Positions 31,284-42,229 are shown, counted from the first letter of the stretch. The stretch: 64,000 nucleotides of DNA from an uncultured Flavobacteriaceae bacterium (GCA_964275555.1 CAXYCN010000004.1:58916-122915); one strand, 5' to 3'. Program-made: numbers and translations. Notes: generated by a model not told the origin, from the sequence alone.

Positions 31284-31378
31284 TAAAGTATTAACATAAG
31301 TTTAGTAGTTAAAATTGGAAACTTATTTTTATGATTGATAATTGGTTTTTGAATGGTATTTTTGTAAAAACTTTTTGA

Positions 31379-32353
31379 ATGGAAGGAATAGAAAATTACG
31401 CAGAATCACTTCAAAACTATCTTAATGAAGTTGTAACTATAAAAGAACCAAAAAAACTTTATGAGCCGATAAAGTATATTGTTTCCTTAGGTGGTAAAAG
31501 ATTAAGACCTGTTTTAACTTTAATGACTTGTGATTTTTTTAATAAAGATTTTAAAGAAGCCCTTCCAGCTGCTTTAGCTTTAGAATTGTTTCATAATTTT
31601 TCTTTAATTCATGATGATATTATGGATGAAGCTCCATTGCGAAGAGGAAAAGAAACCGTACATCATAAATGGGATTTAAATACAGGAATACTTTCTGGAG
31701 ATGCCTTGTTAATTTTGGCGTATCAATTATTTGAAAATTATGAACCTAAAAAATTTAGTGAATTAGCTAAACTTTTTAGTACGACAGCATTACAGGTTTG
31801 TGAAGGACAACAATACGATGTAGATTTTGAAACAAGAAATGATGTTACAATTCCAGAATACTTGAAAATGATTGAATATAAGACAGCAGTACTTATAGGG
31901 GCAGCAATGAAAATGGGAGCCATAGTAGCAGAAGCATCTGAAAACTGTAAAGTAAATACCTATGAATTTGGCAGGAATCTAGGAATTGCATTTCAATTAC
32001 AAGACGATTACTTAGATTGTTTTGGAAACCCAAAAACCTTTGGTAAAAAGGTGGGAGGTGATATTATTACTAATAAAAAAACTTTTTTATATTTAAAAAC
32101 GCTTCAAAAGTCTAATGAATCAGATGCGAGAGTTTTAAAGCAATTGTTTTCAAGTTTTCCTGAAGATCCTTCTGAAAAGGTTCAACAAGTTAAAGAGTTA
32201 TATGTGAAATCTGGAGCCGCTAAAGAATCTTTACAAGAAATTATAAAGTATACTCAAAATGCAAATAGCATCATACAAGAACTTAATATTTCAGATAAAA
32301 ATAAAGCAGTTTTAAAATCGTTTAGCGATCAATTAATGAATCGAAAAGTTTAA
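31379..32353 (+). CDS. Polyprenyl (geranylgeranyl/farnesyl) diphosphate synthase
   Basis: GGKRLRP, FARM motif HDDIMD, RRG and SARM motif FQLQDDYLD. Confidence 0.93.
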   Translation: MEGIENYAESLQNYLNEVVTIKEPKKLYEPIKYIVSLGGKRLRPVLTLMTCDFFNKDFKEALPAALALELFHNFSLIHDDIMDEAPLRRGKETVHHKWDLNTGILSGDALLILAYQLFENYEPKKFSELAKLFSTTALQVCEGQQYDVDFETRNDVTIPEYLKMIEYKTAVLIGAAMKMGAIVAEASENCKVNTYEFGRNLGIAFQLQDDYLDCFGNPKTFGKKVGGDIITNKKTFLYLKTLQKSNESDARVLKQLFSSFPEDPSEKVQQVKELYVKSGAAKESLQEIIKYTQNANSIIQELNISDKNKAVLKSFSDQLMNRKV

Positions 32354-32709
32354 TGAATAAAACAAAATCAGTATTGACTTCTGAAGAAATTATTATTCAA
32401 TCTGAAGAATTGCTATTATATGAAAGTTTAGTGCTTCAGTTAAATAAAGACTTTAAACGGGCCCATATCAATATAGATTTTATAAAGGATATTTCTCCTT
32501 CAGATTTAACATTAAAATTGAATAATGCTATTCTTGATCTTATTTTGAATAACTATTCTAAATATTTAAACTTATTATATATAATTGATGTTTCGGAAGA
32601 AAAAATAAAAAAAACAGAAGTAAATAACACTCATGAAATTTCAAAAAAAATAACATATTGTATTTTACTTAGAGAATGGCAAAAGGTTTGGTTTAAAAAT
32701 AATTATTAA
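32353..32709 (+). CDS. Conserved hypothetical protein
   Basis: Coupled (TAATG) to the polyprenyl synthase. Motifs QLNKDF, LLYIIDVSE and REWQKVWF. Confidence 0.75.
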   Translation: MNKTKSVLTSEEIIIQSEELLLYESLVLQLNKDFKRAHINIDFIKDISPSDLTLKLNNAILDLILNNYSKYLNLLYIIDVSEEKIKKTEVNNTHEISKKITYCILLREWQKVWFKNNY

Positions 32710-33257
32710 AAATAAAATCTCACAAAGGGATTATAGGGATTTCCGTAAATACTTTTTTCGCTATCGTAGAGTATGTCAAAACGAATTCCCATAGTAACCG
32801 GTCCTGTGCTAAAACCAGCTCCTAAATATAATCCTGGGTACCAATAACTTTGATCACAATCAAAAGTGTTACATCCCACAACTATAATAGTATCTTCAAA
32901 ATCTCTATTTACATAAAGTTGTTCAAATTCAGCTGATAGTTGCAATTGGGGTATCACGTTAAATAATCCTAAAATACTAGTACCTAAAACATAAGATTTG
33001 TAACTATATTTTTGTTTGTTATAGGTCATGTTAATACCTATTCCGGTTGCAAATATTTCATTAAATCTATAAACAGCACTTGGAGCTAATGTTCCGCTAA
33101 AAAAGTCATTTCCAAAACTTAAGCTAATACCACCACCAAATTGAATATGTTTCCAAAAATCAGATTTCAGTTTTTGTGCACTTACTTGTTCTTGTGAATA
33201 GCTTTGAAAACAAGAAAAACATATTATTAACACAACGAGTATAATAGGATTTTTCAT
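32706..33257 (-). CDS. Small outer-membrane beta-barrel protein
   Basis: Signal peptide; Gly/aromatic alternating strands; ends PFVRFYF. Confidence 0.75.
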   Translation of the reverse strand: MKNPIILVVLIICFSCFQSYSQEQVSAQKLKSDFWKHIQFGGGISLSFGNDFFSGTLAPSAVYRFNEIFATGIGINMTYNKQKYSYKSYVLGTSILGLFNVIPQLQLSAEFEQLYVNRDFEDTIIVVGCNTFDCDQSYWYPGLYLGAGFSTGPVTMGIRFDILYDSEKSIYGNPYNPFVRFYF

Positions 33258-33371
33258 CTTTTAATAAATTAGGTTTATTGCCTCCTAAATATATAAAAAT
33301 TAAGAATAAATTAATTGTAATTATTGTATTTTTGCACTGTTTTAAACAAATTAGACTCTTAAAGTCCTACT

Positions 33372-36122
33372 ATGGATAAATATTCATTTCTCAATGCGGT
33401 ACACCCTTCATTTATCGCAGCACTTTACGATACGTATTTAAAGTCTCCAGATGAGGTAGAACCAAGTTGGAGAGCATTTTTTCAGGGATTTGATTTTGGT
33501 ATTGAAAATGGTTCTGCCGAAGCCTTGGGTGTCGAATTAGATGAAGGTCTTGTTAACGAAAATGTTTACAAAGAATTTCAGGTAATTAAATTAATTGATG
33601 GTTATCGAACAAGAGGTCATTTATTTACAAAAACAAATCCGGTAAGAAATAGAAGAATTTATAGTCCAACATTGGATATAGAAAACTTCGGTCTTACGGT
33701 TCATGATTTAAAAACAGTTTTTAAAGCTGGAGAAATAGTTGGAATAGGGGAAGCTTCACTTGAAAATATTCTAAAAAACTTACAATCCATTTATTGTGAA
33801 TCTATAGGAGTTGAATATATGTATATTCGAAAGCCTGAAGAACGAAAATGGATCCAAGAAAAATTACACGATAATTCTAATCAACCAAAATATAATAACC
33901 TTCAAAAAAAACTTATTTTAAGGAAGCTTAATGAAGCAGTTTCTTTTGAAAGCTTCTTGCATACTAAATATGTAGGTCAAAAAAGGTTTTCATTAGAAGG
34001 TGGAGAGAGTTTAATTCCAGCATTAGATAGCTTAATTAAAGCTGCTGCAGAAAGAGGAGTAAAAGAGTTTGTGATGGGAATGGCACACAGAGGCCGATTA
34101 AATACCCTAACAAATATTTTTGGAAAAAGCGCAAAAGATATATTTAGTGAATTTGATGGCAAAGATTATGAGCAAGATATTTTTGATGGTGATGTAAAAT
34201 ATCATTTGGGTTGGACTTCTAAAAGAAAATTAGCAGACGGTAAAGAAATTAATTTAAATATTGCTCCAAACCCTTCCCATTTAGAAACAGTAGGAGCAGT
34301 AGTTGAGGGTATTGTTAGAGCTAAACAAGATAAGAATTATAAAAATAATATAGAAAAAGTACTTCCAATTATAGTGCATGGTGATGCAGCAATTGCAGGG
34401 CAAGGAATCGTATATGAAATTGTGCAAATGGCAGCTCTTGATGGCTATAAAACAGGAGGAACCATACACATTGTTGTAAATAACCAAATAGGATTTACCA
34501 CTAATTACTTAGATGCACGTTCATCTACCTATTGTACAGATGTTGCAAAAGTAACATTGTCTCCTGTTTTACATGTAAATGCTGATGATGCAGAGGCTGT
34601 TGTACATGCGATGCTATTTGCACTAGAATATAGAATGAAATTTGGTAAAGATGTTTTTGTAGATCTTCTAGGTTATAGAAAATATGGGCATAATGAAGGA
34701 GATGAACCTCGTTTTACCCAACCAAAATTATATAAAGCCATAGCAAAACATAACAATTCTAGAGATATTTATGCGGATAAATTATTGAAAGAAGGAGTTA
34801 TTGAAGAAGGACATATTAAAAAATTAGAAGCTGATTATAAGAATAAATTAAATGAAAACTTAGAAGATTCTCGAAAAGAAAATAAAGCAGTTATTACTGC
34901 AATTATGCAAGACGAATGGAAAGGATTTAAATATGCTAAAGAAGACACGATGATGCTTCCTGTAGACACTAGCTTTTCTTTAGAGAAACTCAGTGAAATA
35001 ACTGAAGTTATTTCAAAATTACCTGCCGATAAAAAGTTTTTACGAAAAATTGAAAGACTTATTGAAGCTCGTAATAAAATGTATTTTGAAACCAACGCAT
35101 TGGATTGGTCCATGGCAGAAACACTTGCGTATGGTTCGCTTTTAAAAGAAGGATATAATGTAAGAATGAGTGGCCAAGATGTGGAGAGAGGAACTTTTTC
35201 TCATCGTCATGCGGTAGTTAAAGTAGAAGATAGTGAAGAAGAAATTGTACTACTTAATCAACTTAAAGGAGACCAAGGAGATTTTTTCATTTATAATTCT
35301 TTACTCTCAGAATACGGTGTAGTTGGTTTTGATTATGGTTATGCAATGGCAAGTCCAAATACCTTAACTATTTGGGAAGCTCAATTTGGTGATTTTAGTA
35401 ATGGCGCTCAAATAATGATCGATCAATACTTATCTGCAGCTGAAGATAAATGGGAATTGCAAAATGGCTTGGTTATGTTATTGCCTCATGGTTATGAAGG
35501 TCAAGGAGCGGAGCATTCTTCAGCTAGAATGGAACGTTATTTGCAATTATGCGCAAGAGATAATATGTTTATCGCTAATTGTACAACTCCTGCAAATTTA
35601 TTTCACTTGCTAAGAAGACAAATGAAAGTAAATTACCGAAAGCCATTAATCGTATTTACTCCTAAAAGTTTATTGCGACATCCTAAAGTAGTTTCAACTA
35701 AAGAAGAATTTGCAAACGGAAGTTTCCAGACGATAATTGATGATGAAGAAGCTATTCAAGATAATATTAAAACGTTAGTTTTTGTAAGCGGTAAATTTTA
35801 TTATGATTTATTAGAAGAACAAGAGAAATTAAATCGAGATGATGTAGCTTTGATTAGAATTGAGCAACTATTTCCTTTACCAGTTGTTGCATTAAAATCA
35901 ATTATTAAAAAATATAAAAATGCAGAAGATTTAGTTTGGGCCCAGGAAGAACCTAAAAATATGGGTGCATATACACATATTTTATTGCATTTTGAAGACG
36001 CAAAATTCTTTAGAGTTTGTAGTCGAAAAATTTATGCAACTCCAGCAGCTGGAAGTCCAGCACGATTTAAATCAAGACATAAAAAAGTTATTGATAGTGT
36101 TTTTTTTAAACCTAATAAATAG
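33372..36122 (+). CDS. sucA: 2-oxoglutarate dehydrogenase E1
   Basis: GQKRFSLEGGE, MGMAHRGRLN, NPSHLE, HGDAAIAGQG, WEAQFGDF and PHGYEGQGAEHSS. Confidence 0.97.
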   Translation: MDKYSFLNAVHPSFIAALYDTYLKSPDEVEPSWRAFFQGFDFGIENGSAEALGVELDEGLVNENVYKEFQVIKLIDGYRTRGHLFTKTNPVRNRRIYSPTLDIENFGLTVHDLKTVFKAGEIVGIGEASLENILKNLQSIYCESIGVEYMYIRKPEERKWIQEKLHDNSNQPKYNNLQKKLILRKLNEAVSFESFLHTKYVGQKRFSLEGGESLIPALDSLIKAAAERGVKEFVMGMAHRGRLNTLTNIFGKSAKDIFSEFDGKDYEQDIFDGDVKYHLGWTSKRKLADGKEINLNIAPNPSHLETVGAVVEGIVRAKQDKNYKNNIEKVLPIIVHGDAAIAGQGIVYEIVQMAALDGYKTGGTIHIVVNNQIGFTTNYLDARSSTYCTDVAKVTLSPVLHVNADDAEAVVHAMLFALEYRMKFGKDVFVDLLGYRKYGHNEGDEPRFTQPKLYKAIAKHNNSRDIYADKLLKEGVIEEGHIKKLEADYKNKLNENLEDSRKENKAVITAIMQDEWKGFKYAKEDTMMLPVDTSFSLEKLSEITEVISKLPADKKFLRKIERLIEARNKMYFETNALDWSMAETLAYGSLLKEGYNVRMSGQDVERGTFSHRHAVVKVEDSEEEIVLLNQLKGDQGDFFIYNSLLSEYGVVGFDYGYAMASPNTLTIWEAQFGDFSNGAQIMIDQYLSAAEDKWELQNGLVMLLPHGYEGQGAEHSSARMERYLQLCARDNMFIANCTTPANLFHLLRRQMKVNYRKPLIVFTPKSLLRHPKVVSTKEEFANGSFQTIIDDEEAIQDNIKTLVFVSGKFYYDLLEEQEKLNRDDVALIRIEQLFPLPVVALKSIIKKYKNAEDLVWAQEEPKNMGAYTHILLHFEDAKFFRVCSRKIYATPAAGSPARFKSRHKKVIDSVFFKPNK

Positions 36123-36425
36123 TTTACCAAGTACTTTTTAAAAGAAAATATAAAGATTATATCGTCAGTTTTATTATATAGAAGAAATTGTTTGGAATTG
36201 TATGTTTATATTTAGATATAATAGAGTTAATAAATTAGGTAAAAAGTTTTTATATAAGTTTGATTTAGAAATTGAACAAATTAAGGTTTTGAATTAGGTA
36301 AATAAAGTAAGTGTATATGTTAAAAAAGTGTTTAAAAAATAGGTATTACATTATAGGTTTAATTATTATTGGGTATATTTTAATTGTAGTTACTGCAAAT
36401 AGTTCTATATAAAAGATAAGATATT

Positions 36426-37646
36426 ATGGCATTAGAAATGAAAGTTCCTTCACCTGGAGAATCAATCACTGAAGTTGAAATTGCAGAATGGTTAGTTGCA
36501 GATGGTGATTGGGTAGAAAAAGATCAAGCAATAGCTGAGGTAGATAGTGACAAAGCAACTTTAGAATTACCAGCAGAAGCAAGTGGAATTATTTCCCTTA
36601 AGGCAGAAGAAGGAGATGCTGTAGCTGTAGGTGCTGTAGTATGTTTTATAGATACCGAAGCTAAAAGACCCGACGGTAGTGAACCGGCACCTGAAAAAAT
36701 ATCAAACTCTTCTGAAAACAAATCAGAAGTAGTAGTTGAACAAACAGCTACTTTACATAAAGAAAGCTACGCTACTGGATCAGCTTCCCCTGCTGCTAAA
36801 AAGATTTTAGCTGAAAAAAACATGGATACTTCTTCTTTAAAAGGAACTGGAAAAGATGGAAGAATTACAAAAGATGATGCCTTAAAAGCGGTGCCTTCTA
36901 TGGGCACTATAGGAGGTGGTAAAAGAGGTACGAGTCGTAAAAAATTATCAATGTTACGCCGCAAGGTTGCAGAGCGGTTAGTTTCGGTTAAAAATGATAC
37001 AGCAATGCTTACTACTTTTAATGAAGTAGATATGTCGCCAATTTTTGAATTAAGAAAAAAATATAAAGAAGAATTTAAAGAAAAGCACAGTGTAGGCCTA
37101 GGGTTTATGTCTTTCTTTACGCTAGCAGTGGTAAGAGCATTGGAGCTATTTCCTGACGTGAACTCAATGATAGACGGAGATTTCCAAATCAAACATGATT
37201 TTAAAGACATTTCAATAGCAGTATCTGGACCTAAAGGATTAATGGTTCCTGTAATAAGAAATGCAGAAAATTTATCTTTTAGAGGTGTTGAATCTGAGGT
37301 AAAACGATTGGCTATTTTAGCAAGAGATGGTCAAATTACAGTTGATGAAATGACTGGAGGAACATTTACCATAACAAATGGCGGTGTCTTTGGTTCTATG
37401 TTATCTACGCCTATTATCAATCCACCACAAAGTGGTATTTTAGGGATGCATAATATAGTTGAAAGACCTGTAGCTATTAATGGGAAAGTTGAAATTCGAC
37501 CTATTATGTATGTAGCTCTTTCATATGATCATAGAATTATTGATGGTAGAGAATCTGTAGGATTTTTAGTTGCAGTTAAAGAAGCACTAGAAAACCCAAT
37601 AGAATTTTTAATGAATAATGAGGTTAAAAATGCGCTTGAATTATAA
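36426..37646 (+). CDS. sucB: 2-oxoglutarate dehydrogenase E2 (dihydrolipoyllysine succinyltransferase)
   Basis: Lipoyl motif DSDKA, E3-binding GTGKDGRIT and catalytic [10 protein letters not shown]. Confidence 0.97.
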   Translation: MALEMKVPSPGESITEVEIAEWLVADGDWVEKDQAIAEVDSDKATLELPAEASGIISLKAEEGDAVAVGAVVCFIDTEAKRPDGSEPAPEKISNSSENKSEVVVEQTATLHKESYATGSASPAAKKILAEKNMDTSSLKGTGKDGRITKDDALKAVPSMGTIGGGKRGTSRKKLSMLRRKVAERLVSVKNDTAMLTTFNEVDMSPIFELRKKYKEEFKEKHSVGLGFMSFFTLAVVRALELFPDVNSMIDGDFQIKHDFKDISIAVSGPKGLMVPVIRNAENLSFRGVESEVKRLAILARDGQITVDEMTGGTFTITNGGVFGSMLSTPIINPPQSGILGMHNIVERPVAINGKVEIRPIMYVALSYDHRIIDGRESVGFLVAVKEALENPIEFLMNNEVKNALEL

Positions 37647-37738
37647 ATGAATTCAATGATATCCGATTAATTTAAACGAGCATTTTTTTCAATTTAAGTT
37701 TTCTTCTAGTAAGGTTTATAGATGTTTAAATTTTATCA

Positions 37739-38185
37739 TTAAATCTTTTGCTTTAGGTAAAAACAATTCCTTCCGTAATCAATAACTGCTCTATTTTTCT
37801 TTAAAAAATCTGCACCAATTATACCATGTATGGGAGTTTCGCCCACCTGATTAAGTGCTTCATTAACATGAGAAAGATCAAAAATTACAAAATCAAAATG
37901 ACTGATCTTCCATGAACCAATCGCTATTGAATTGTTTTTTGCAATTTCAGTTTCCATATTAATTGCTCCGGCACCAGCAGCTTTGACTAAACTTTTTTCA
38001 TTTTTTAGATTAAAATAAGAATTGTTATTAAACCCAATACAACTGCTAGAAGCGCCAGTGTCAATAATAAAAACACCCGAAATAGTGTTTATCTTTGCTG
38101 AAAAAGTATAGTGTCCTGATTTTATTTTTTTTAGTGGAATTCTGTAAAAACCACTTTCCTGAAGAAGGTTTCTTAATTGTCTCAA
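37739..38185 (-). CDS. Retropepsin-like (clan AA) aspartic protease (TTG start)
   Basis: FIIDTGASSS catalytic motif and GIIGADFL psi-loop motif. Confidence 0.85.
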   Translation of the reverse strand: MRQLRNLLQESGFYRIPLKKIKSGHYTFSAKINTISGVFIIDTGASSSCIGFNNNSYFNLKNEKSLVKAAGAGAINMETEIAKNNSIAIGSWKISHFDFVIFDLSHVNEALNQVGETPIHGIIGADFLKKNRAVIDYGRNCFYLKQKI

Positions 38186-38251
38186 TTTTTTTTTGTAAAT
38201 ATAATGAACATAATATTTAAGATTTGTCTCAAACTTGTAGCTTTGTAAATT

Positions 38252-39016
38252 ATGTTAACAGACACTCATACACATTTATATAGTGACTCTTTTAATGAGG
38301 ATAGAGGAACTATGATGCAACGTGCTTTTGATGCTGGAGTAAAAAGATTTTTTATTCCAGCTATAGATTCAGAAACCACAGAAGCAATGTATCAACTTGA
38401 AAAGGAATATCCGGAGAATATTTTTTTAATGATGGGTTTACATCCAACTTCCGTTAAAAAAAATTATAAAGAAGAATTGAAGCATGTTGAGGATCAATTT
38501 TTAAAAAGATCGTTTTTTGCAGTTGGTGAAATCGGAATCGATTTATATTGGGACAAAAGCACATTAGAAATTCAAAAAAAAGCCTTTAAAACTCAAATTA
38601 AATTAGCTAAAAAATATCAATTGCCAATAGTAATACATTGTAGAGATGCTTTTGATGAAGTTTTTGAGGTATTAGAAACTGAAAAAGGAGATGATTTATA
38701 TGGTATTTTTCATTGTTTCTCGGGAACTGAAGCGCAAGCACATAAAGCAATATCTTTTAATATGAAATTAGGAATAGGAGGAGTTGTGACTTTTAAAAAT
38801 GGAAAAATTGATGCCTTTTTAAATAAATTTGATTTAAAATATATTGTTTTAGAGACTGACTCACCTTATCTTTCTCCTGTACCTTACAGAGGGAAAAGAA
38901 ATGAAAGTAGTTACTTGTCTTTAATTTGTGAAAAAGTCGCAGAAGTTTATGACATTAGTAAAGAGGAAGTTGCAAGAGTCACAAGCCAAAATGCTATTGA
39001 TATTTTTGGAATTTAA
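38252..39016 (+). CDS. tatD: TatD family hydrolase
   Basis: DTHTH, GLHP, VGEIGID, IHCRDA, FHCF and ETDSPYL. Confidence 0.93.
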   Translation: MLTDTHTHLYSDSFNEDRGTMMQRAFDAGVKRFFIPAIDSETTEAMYQLEKEYPENIFLMMGLHPTSVKKNYKEELKHVEDQFLKRSFFAVGEIGIDLYWDKSTLEIQKKAFKTQIKLAKKYQLPIVIHCRDAFDEVFEVLETEKGDDLYGIFHCFSGTEAQAHKAISFNMKLGIGGVVTFKNGKIDAFLNKFDLKYIVLETDSPYLSPVPYRGKRNESSYLSLICEKVAEVYDISKEEVARVTSQNAIDIFGI

Positions 39017-39025
39017 AAAAATTAA

Positions 39026-40054
39026 ATGAACACAAAACCAAACATACTACTTATTTATACCGGCGGGACTATTGGTATGATTAAGGACTCGGAAACAGGT
39101 GCATTACAAAACTTTAATTTTGATGAATTATTAAAATACATCCCTGAACTCAATCTTTTAGAATGTAACATCGCTTCACATAGTTTTTTAGAGCCTATTG
39201 ATAGTTCTAATATGAATCCTGATTTTTGGGTGGAAATTGGAATCATTATAGAAGATAACTACGACACATATGATGGTTTTGTAGTTCTACACGGAAGTGA
39301 TACGATGTCCTATACTGCATCGGCATTGAGTTTTATGTTAGAAAACTTAACCAAACCAGTAATTTTCACCGGTTCACAGCTTCCAATTGGTGATTTGCGA
39401 ACCGACGCAAAAGAAAACTTAATAACCTCCATTCAAATAGCTTCGCTTTACAAAGATAATAAACCAGTAATAACAGAAGTGGGCTTATATTTTGAATATA
39501 AACTTTATAGAGCGAATCGAACCACAAAAGTAAATGCAGAACATTTTGAAGCTTTTGATTCTTTAAATTACCCTCCTTTAATAATAAGTGGAGTTAATTT
39601 ATCGATAAATTTTCCAATATTATTAAAACCAAATTGGAATAAAAAGTTCATGGTTCATAAAAGCCTTGAGTCAAACATATTATTAGTTAAAATGTTCCCA
39701 GGAATTAATAAAGAAATGATCAATCATTTATTTTCATATCCTAATCTAAAAGGGTTGGTGTTAGAAACTTATGGAAGTGGTAATTTAACAAATGAAAAAT
39801 GGTTTTTAAAAGCCATAAAAAAAATTACAAATAAGAATATTCCAGTAATTAATGTTACACAATGTTTTGGTGGGAGTGTAGATATGAGTATTTATAATAC
39901 CAATAAAGAATATAGAACTATTGGAATTATATCTGGAAAAGACATCACAACGGAAGCTGCAATTGCAAAATTAATGTTTATGCTAGGTCAAAATATTTCG
40001 GCTAAAGGCTTCAAAACCAAATTCGAAACCTCGTTGCGAGGAGAAATGAAATAA
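39026..40054 (+). CDS. ansA: L-asparaginase type I (cytoplasmic)
   Basis: IYTGGTIGM, DSSNM, HGSDTM and TGSQLP; no signal peptide. Confidence 0.92.
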   Translation: MNTKPNILLIYTGGTIGMIKDSETGALQNFNFDELLKYIPELNLLECNIASHSFLEPIDSSNMNPDFWVEIGIIIEDNYDTYDGFVVLHGSDTMSYTASALSFMLENLTKPVIFTGSQLPIGDLRTDAKENLITSIQIASLYKDNKPVITEVGLYFEYKLYRANRTTKVNAEHFEAFDSLNYPPLIISGVNLSINFPILLKPNWNKKFMVHKSLESNILLVKMFPGINKEMINHLFSYPNLKGLVLETYGSGNLTNEKWFLKAIKKITNKNIPVINVTQCFGGSVDMSIYNTNKEYRTIGIISGKDITTEAAIAKLMFMLGQNISAKGFKTKFETSLRGEMK

Positions 40055-40142
40055 ATTAATCCTCTAAATTTTTTATAAGACTATTTTTTTTTGTTTTTTT
40101 GCAATCATTTGGCTGGGTAATTATCGTTAAAATGAGAATTTT

Positions 40143-40230
40143 AGAGAGGTGGCCGAGTGGTCGAAGGCGCACGCCTGGAAAGTGTGTATACGCCACAAGC
40201 GTATCGAGGGTTCGAATCCCTTCCTCTCTG
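40143..40230 (+). tRNA. tRNA-Ser(GGA)
   Basis: Acceptor stem AGAGAGG/CCTCTCT with discriminator G; D-loop AGTGG; anticodon arm CACGC-CT GGA AA-GTGTG; long variable arm; T-loop GTTCGAATC. CCA is not encoded. Confidence 0.95.
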
Positions 40231-40355
40231 CTAAAAGATGTTTTGATGTCCAAGTAAATCAAAACATTTCATTAATATATTTTATTCTTGGAGATTAACT
40301 TTTTTTATATATCTTTAAAATCTTTAAATTAAAAACAAATCTTAAGTCAATAGCA

Positions 40356-41153
40356 ATGAAAAAATTATTTTCTATTTTGGCAATTACCGCGTTGGTTTTT
40401 GCAGGAACACTAAGCTCAAACGCAGCAAATGTTCAAATTATGCCAAGTAATGTACAAACTGTAATGGCAGCAGCAACTGTTTCAATAATTCAAGATGAAG
40501 ATGGAACTTCCACCGAAGAGAAAGGATTTCATCAAGAATTAAAAGAACGTTTTGTAGAAGGTGGTCCTGCATTTATGGGGATTGTACTTTTATGTTTAAT
40601 TCTTGGTTTAGCATTTGCTATTGAAAGAATTATCTACTTAAACCTTGCTACTACCAATACTAAAAAATTAGCTGATAACGTAGAAGATGCTCTAAAAAGT
40701 GGTGGAATTGATGCGGCAAAAGAAGTTTGTAGAAATACAAAAGGACCTGTTGCTTCTATTTACTATCAAGGTTTAGAACGTGCAAATGAAGGCGTGGATG
40801 CTGCCGAAAAAGCTGTTGTAGCTTATGGAGGCGTACAAATGGGTCAATTAGAGAAAAATGTATCTTGGATATCCTTATTTATTGCAATTGCACCAATGCT
40901 TGGGTTCATGGGTACTGTAATTGGTATGATTGATGCATTCGATAAAATACAAGCAGCTGGAGATATGAACCCTTCATTAGTAGCGGGTGGTATTAAAATT
41001 GCACTATTAACGACTGTATTTGGTCTAATTGTAGCTATTATACTTCAAGTATTCTACAATTATATAATTGCAAAAATAGATAGCATTGTAAACAGTATGG
41101 AAGATGCTTCTATCACATTAATTGATATGTTGGTAGAATATAAAAATAAATAA
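40356..41153 (+). CDS. exbB: MotA/TolQ/ExbB proton channel family protein
   Basis: APMLGFMGTVIGMI and VAGGIKIALLTTVFGLIVAI. Confidence 0.9.
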   Translation: MKKLFSILAITALVFAGTLSSNAANVQIMPSNVQTVMAAATVSIIQDEDGTSTEEKGFHQELKERFVEGGPAFMGIVLLCLILGLAFAIERIIYLNLATTNTKKLADNVEDALKSGGIDAAKEVCRNTKGPVASIYYQGLERANEGVDAAEKAVVAYGGVQMGQLEKNVSWISLFIAIAPMLGFMGTVIGMIDAFDKIQAAGDMNPSLVAGGIKIALLTTVFGLIVAIILQVFYNYIIAKIDSIVNSMEDASITLIDMLVEYKNK

Positions 41154-41173
41154 TAATTTAATATCCAAACAGA

Positions 41174-41596
41174 ATGGGTTTACACAAAATAATTAAAATT
41201 ATAGGATTAATCCTAAGTCTTATTGGAGTAGTGATACTCGGTATGATGATTTTGAAAGGTGATAGTGATATTAAGGAGACAGGTTGGGGTGTTGATGCTT
41301 TTATAAACACCGCATTCGTCATGTTAGCTCTAGTAGTAATTGCTGTTGTATTTTTTGGTTTTAAAGGATTAATGTCTGGAAATATAAAAAATACGTTAAT
41401 CACTTTAGGAGCTTTTATTGTTATTATTGGAGTTTCTTACGGACTTGCAGATAACAATCAATTGCCACTTCCAGACGGAGAGCTATTGACTAAATCTAAT
41501 TCTAAATGGATTGGTGCAGGACTTTACGCTTTTTACATATTAGCAATTATAGCGATTGGTTCTATGGTAGTTAGCGGATTTAAAAAAACAAAATAA
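41174..41596 (+). CDS. Hypothetical 4-TM membrane protein within the exbB-exbD cluster
   Basis: 140 aa with four hydrophobic segments; tightly packed in the operon. Confidence 0.8.
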   Translation: MGLHKIIKIIGLILSLIGVVILGMMILKGDSDIKETGWGVDAFINTAFVMLALVVIAVVFFGFKGLMSGNIKNTLITLGAFIVIIGVSYGLADNNQLPLPDGELLTKSNSKWIGAGLYAFYILAIIAIGSMVVSGFKKTK

Positions 41597-41597
41597 T

Positions 41598-42215
41598 ATG
41601 GCAAGAAGATCAGCACCAGAGGTAAATGCAGGGTCTATGGCAGACATAGCTTTCTTACTACTTATTTTTTTCTTAGTAACGACTACTTTAGAAAAAGACA
41701 ATGGGATCGCTAGACAATTGCCACCTATAGATAAATCTGAGATAGAACCTCCGAAAATCAAGAAAAAGAATCTTTTTATCGTATTGGTGAATAAAAACGA
41801 CGAATTATTAGTTAATGATAATCCAATGCAATTAAAAGATATACGTGAAAGTGCTATCGAATTTTTGGATAATGGAGGTGCTTTATCTAATAGTCCTGAA
41901 TATTGTAATTATTGTAAGGGAAAACATTCTGAATCATCTTCAGATAATCCTGATAAAGCTGTAATATCTGTACAAAGTGATAGGTTAACTTCTTATAAAA
42001 TGTACATATCTGTTCAAAACGAATTAGTTGCTGCATATAATTTTTTAAGAGATAGAGAATCTAAAAGACTATATGGATGGAATTTTTCAGAAGTTAAAAA
42101 AGATATTGATGCTGGGACTTATCTGGGAGATATAACTGATGCACGTGCAAAACTAAAAGAAGTACAATTATTATTTCCTTTAAAACTATCTGAAGCAGAA
42201 CCTAAGAAAAATTAA
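41598..42215 (+). CDS. exbD: ExbD/TolR family protein
   Basis: VNAGSMADIAFLLLIFFLVTT TM segment with the conserved Asp. Confidence 0.9.
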   Translation: MARRSAPEVNAGSMADIAFLLLIFFLVTTTLEKDNGIARQLPPIDKSEIEPPKIKKKNLFIVLVNKNDELLVNDNPMQLKDIRESAIEFLDNGGALSNSPEYCNYCKGKHSESSSDNPDKAVISVQSDRLTSYKMYISVQNELVAAYNFLRDRESKRLYGWNFSEVKKDIDAGTYLGDITDARAKLKEVQLLFPLKLSEAEPKKN

Positions 42216-42229
42216 TAAAAAAGGAGAAA

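Noticed and set aside
37739-38185. Retropepsin as evidence of a retroelement
   Set aside because: Standalone clan AA proteases are ordinary bacterial genes, and no RT or integrase is nearby.
40056-40262. 68-aa ORF on the - strand
   Set aside because: It is antisense to tRNA-Ser(GGA), a typical tRNA shadow ORF.
40143-40355. tRNA-Ser as a possible integration site
   Set aside because: No integrase, no duplicated tRNA 3' end was noticed, and the flanking genes are core.
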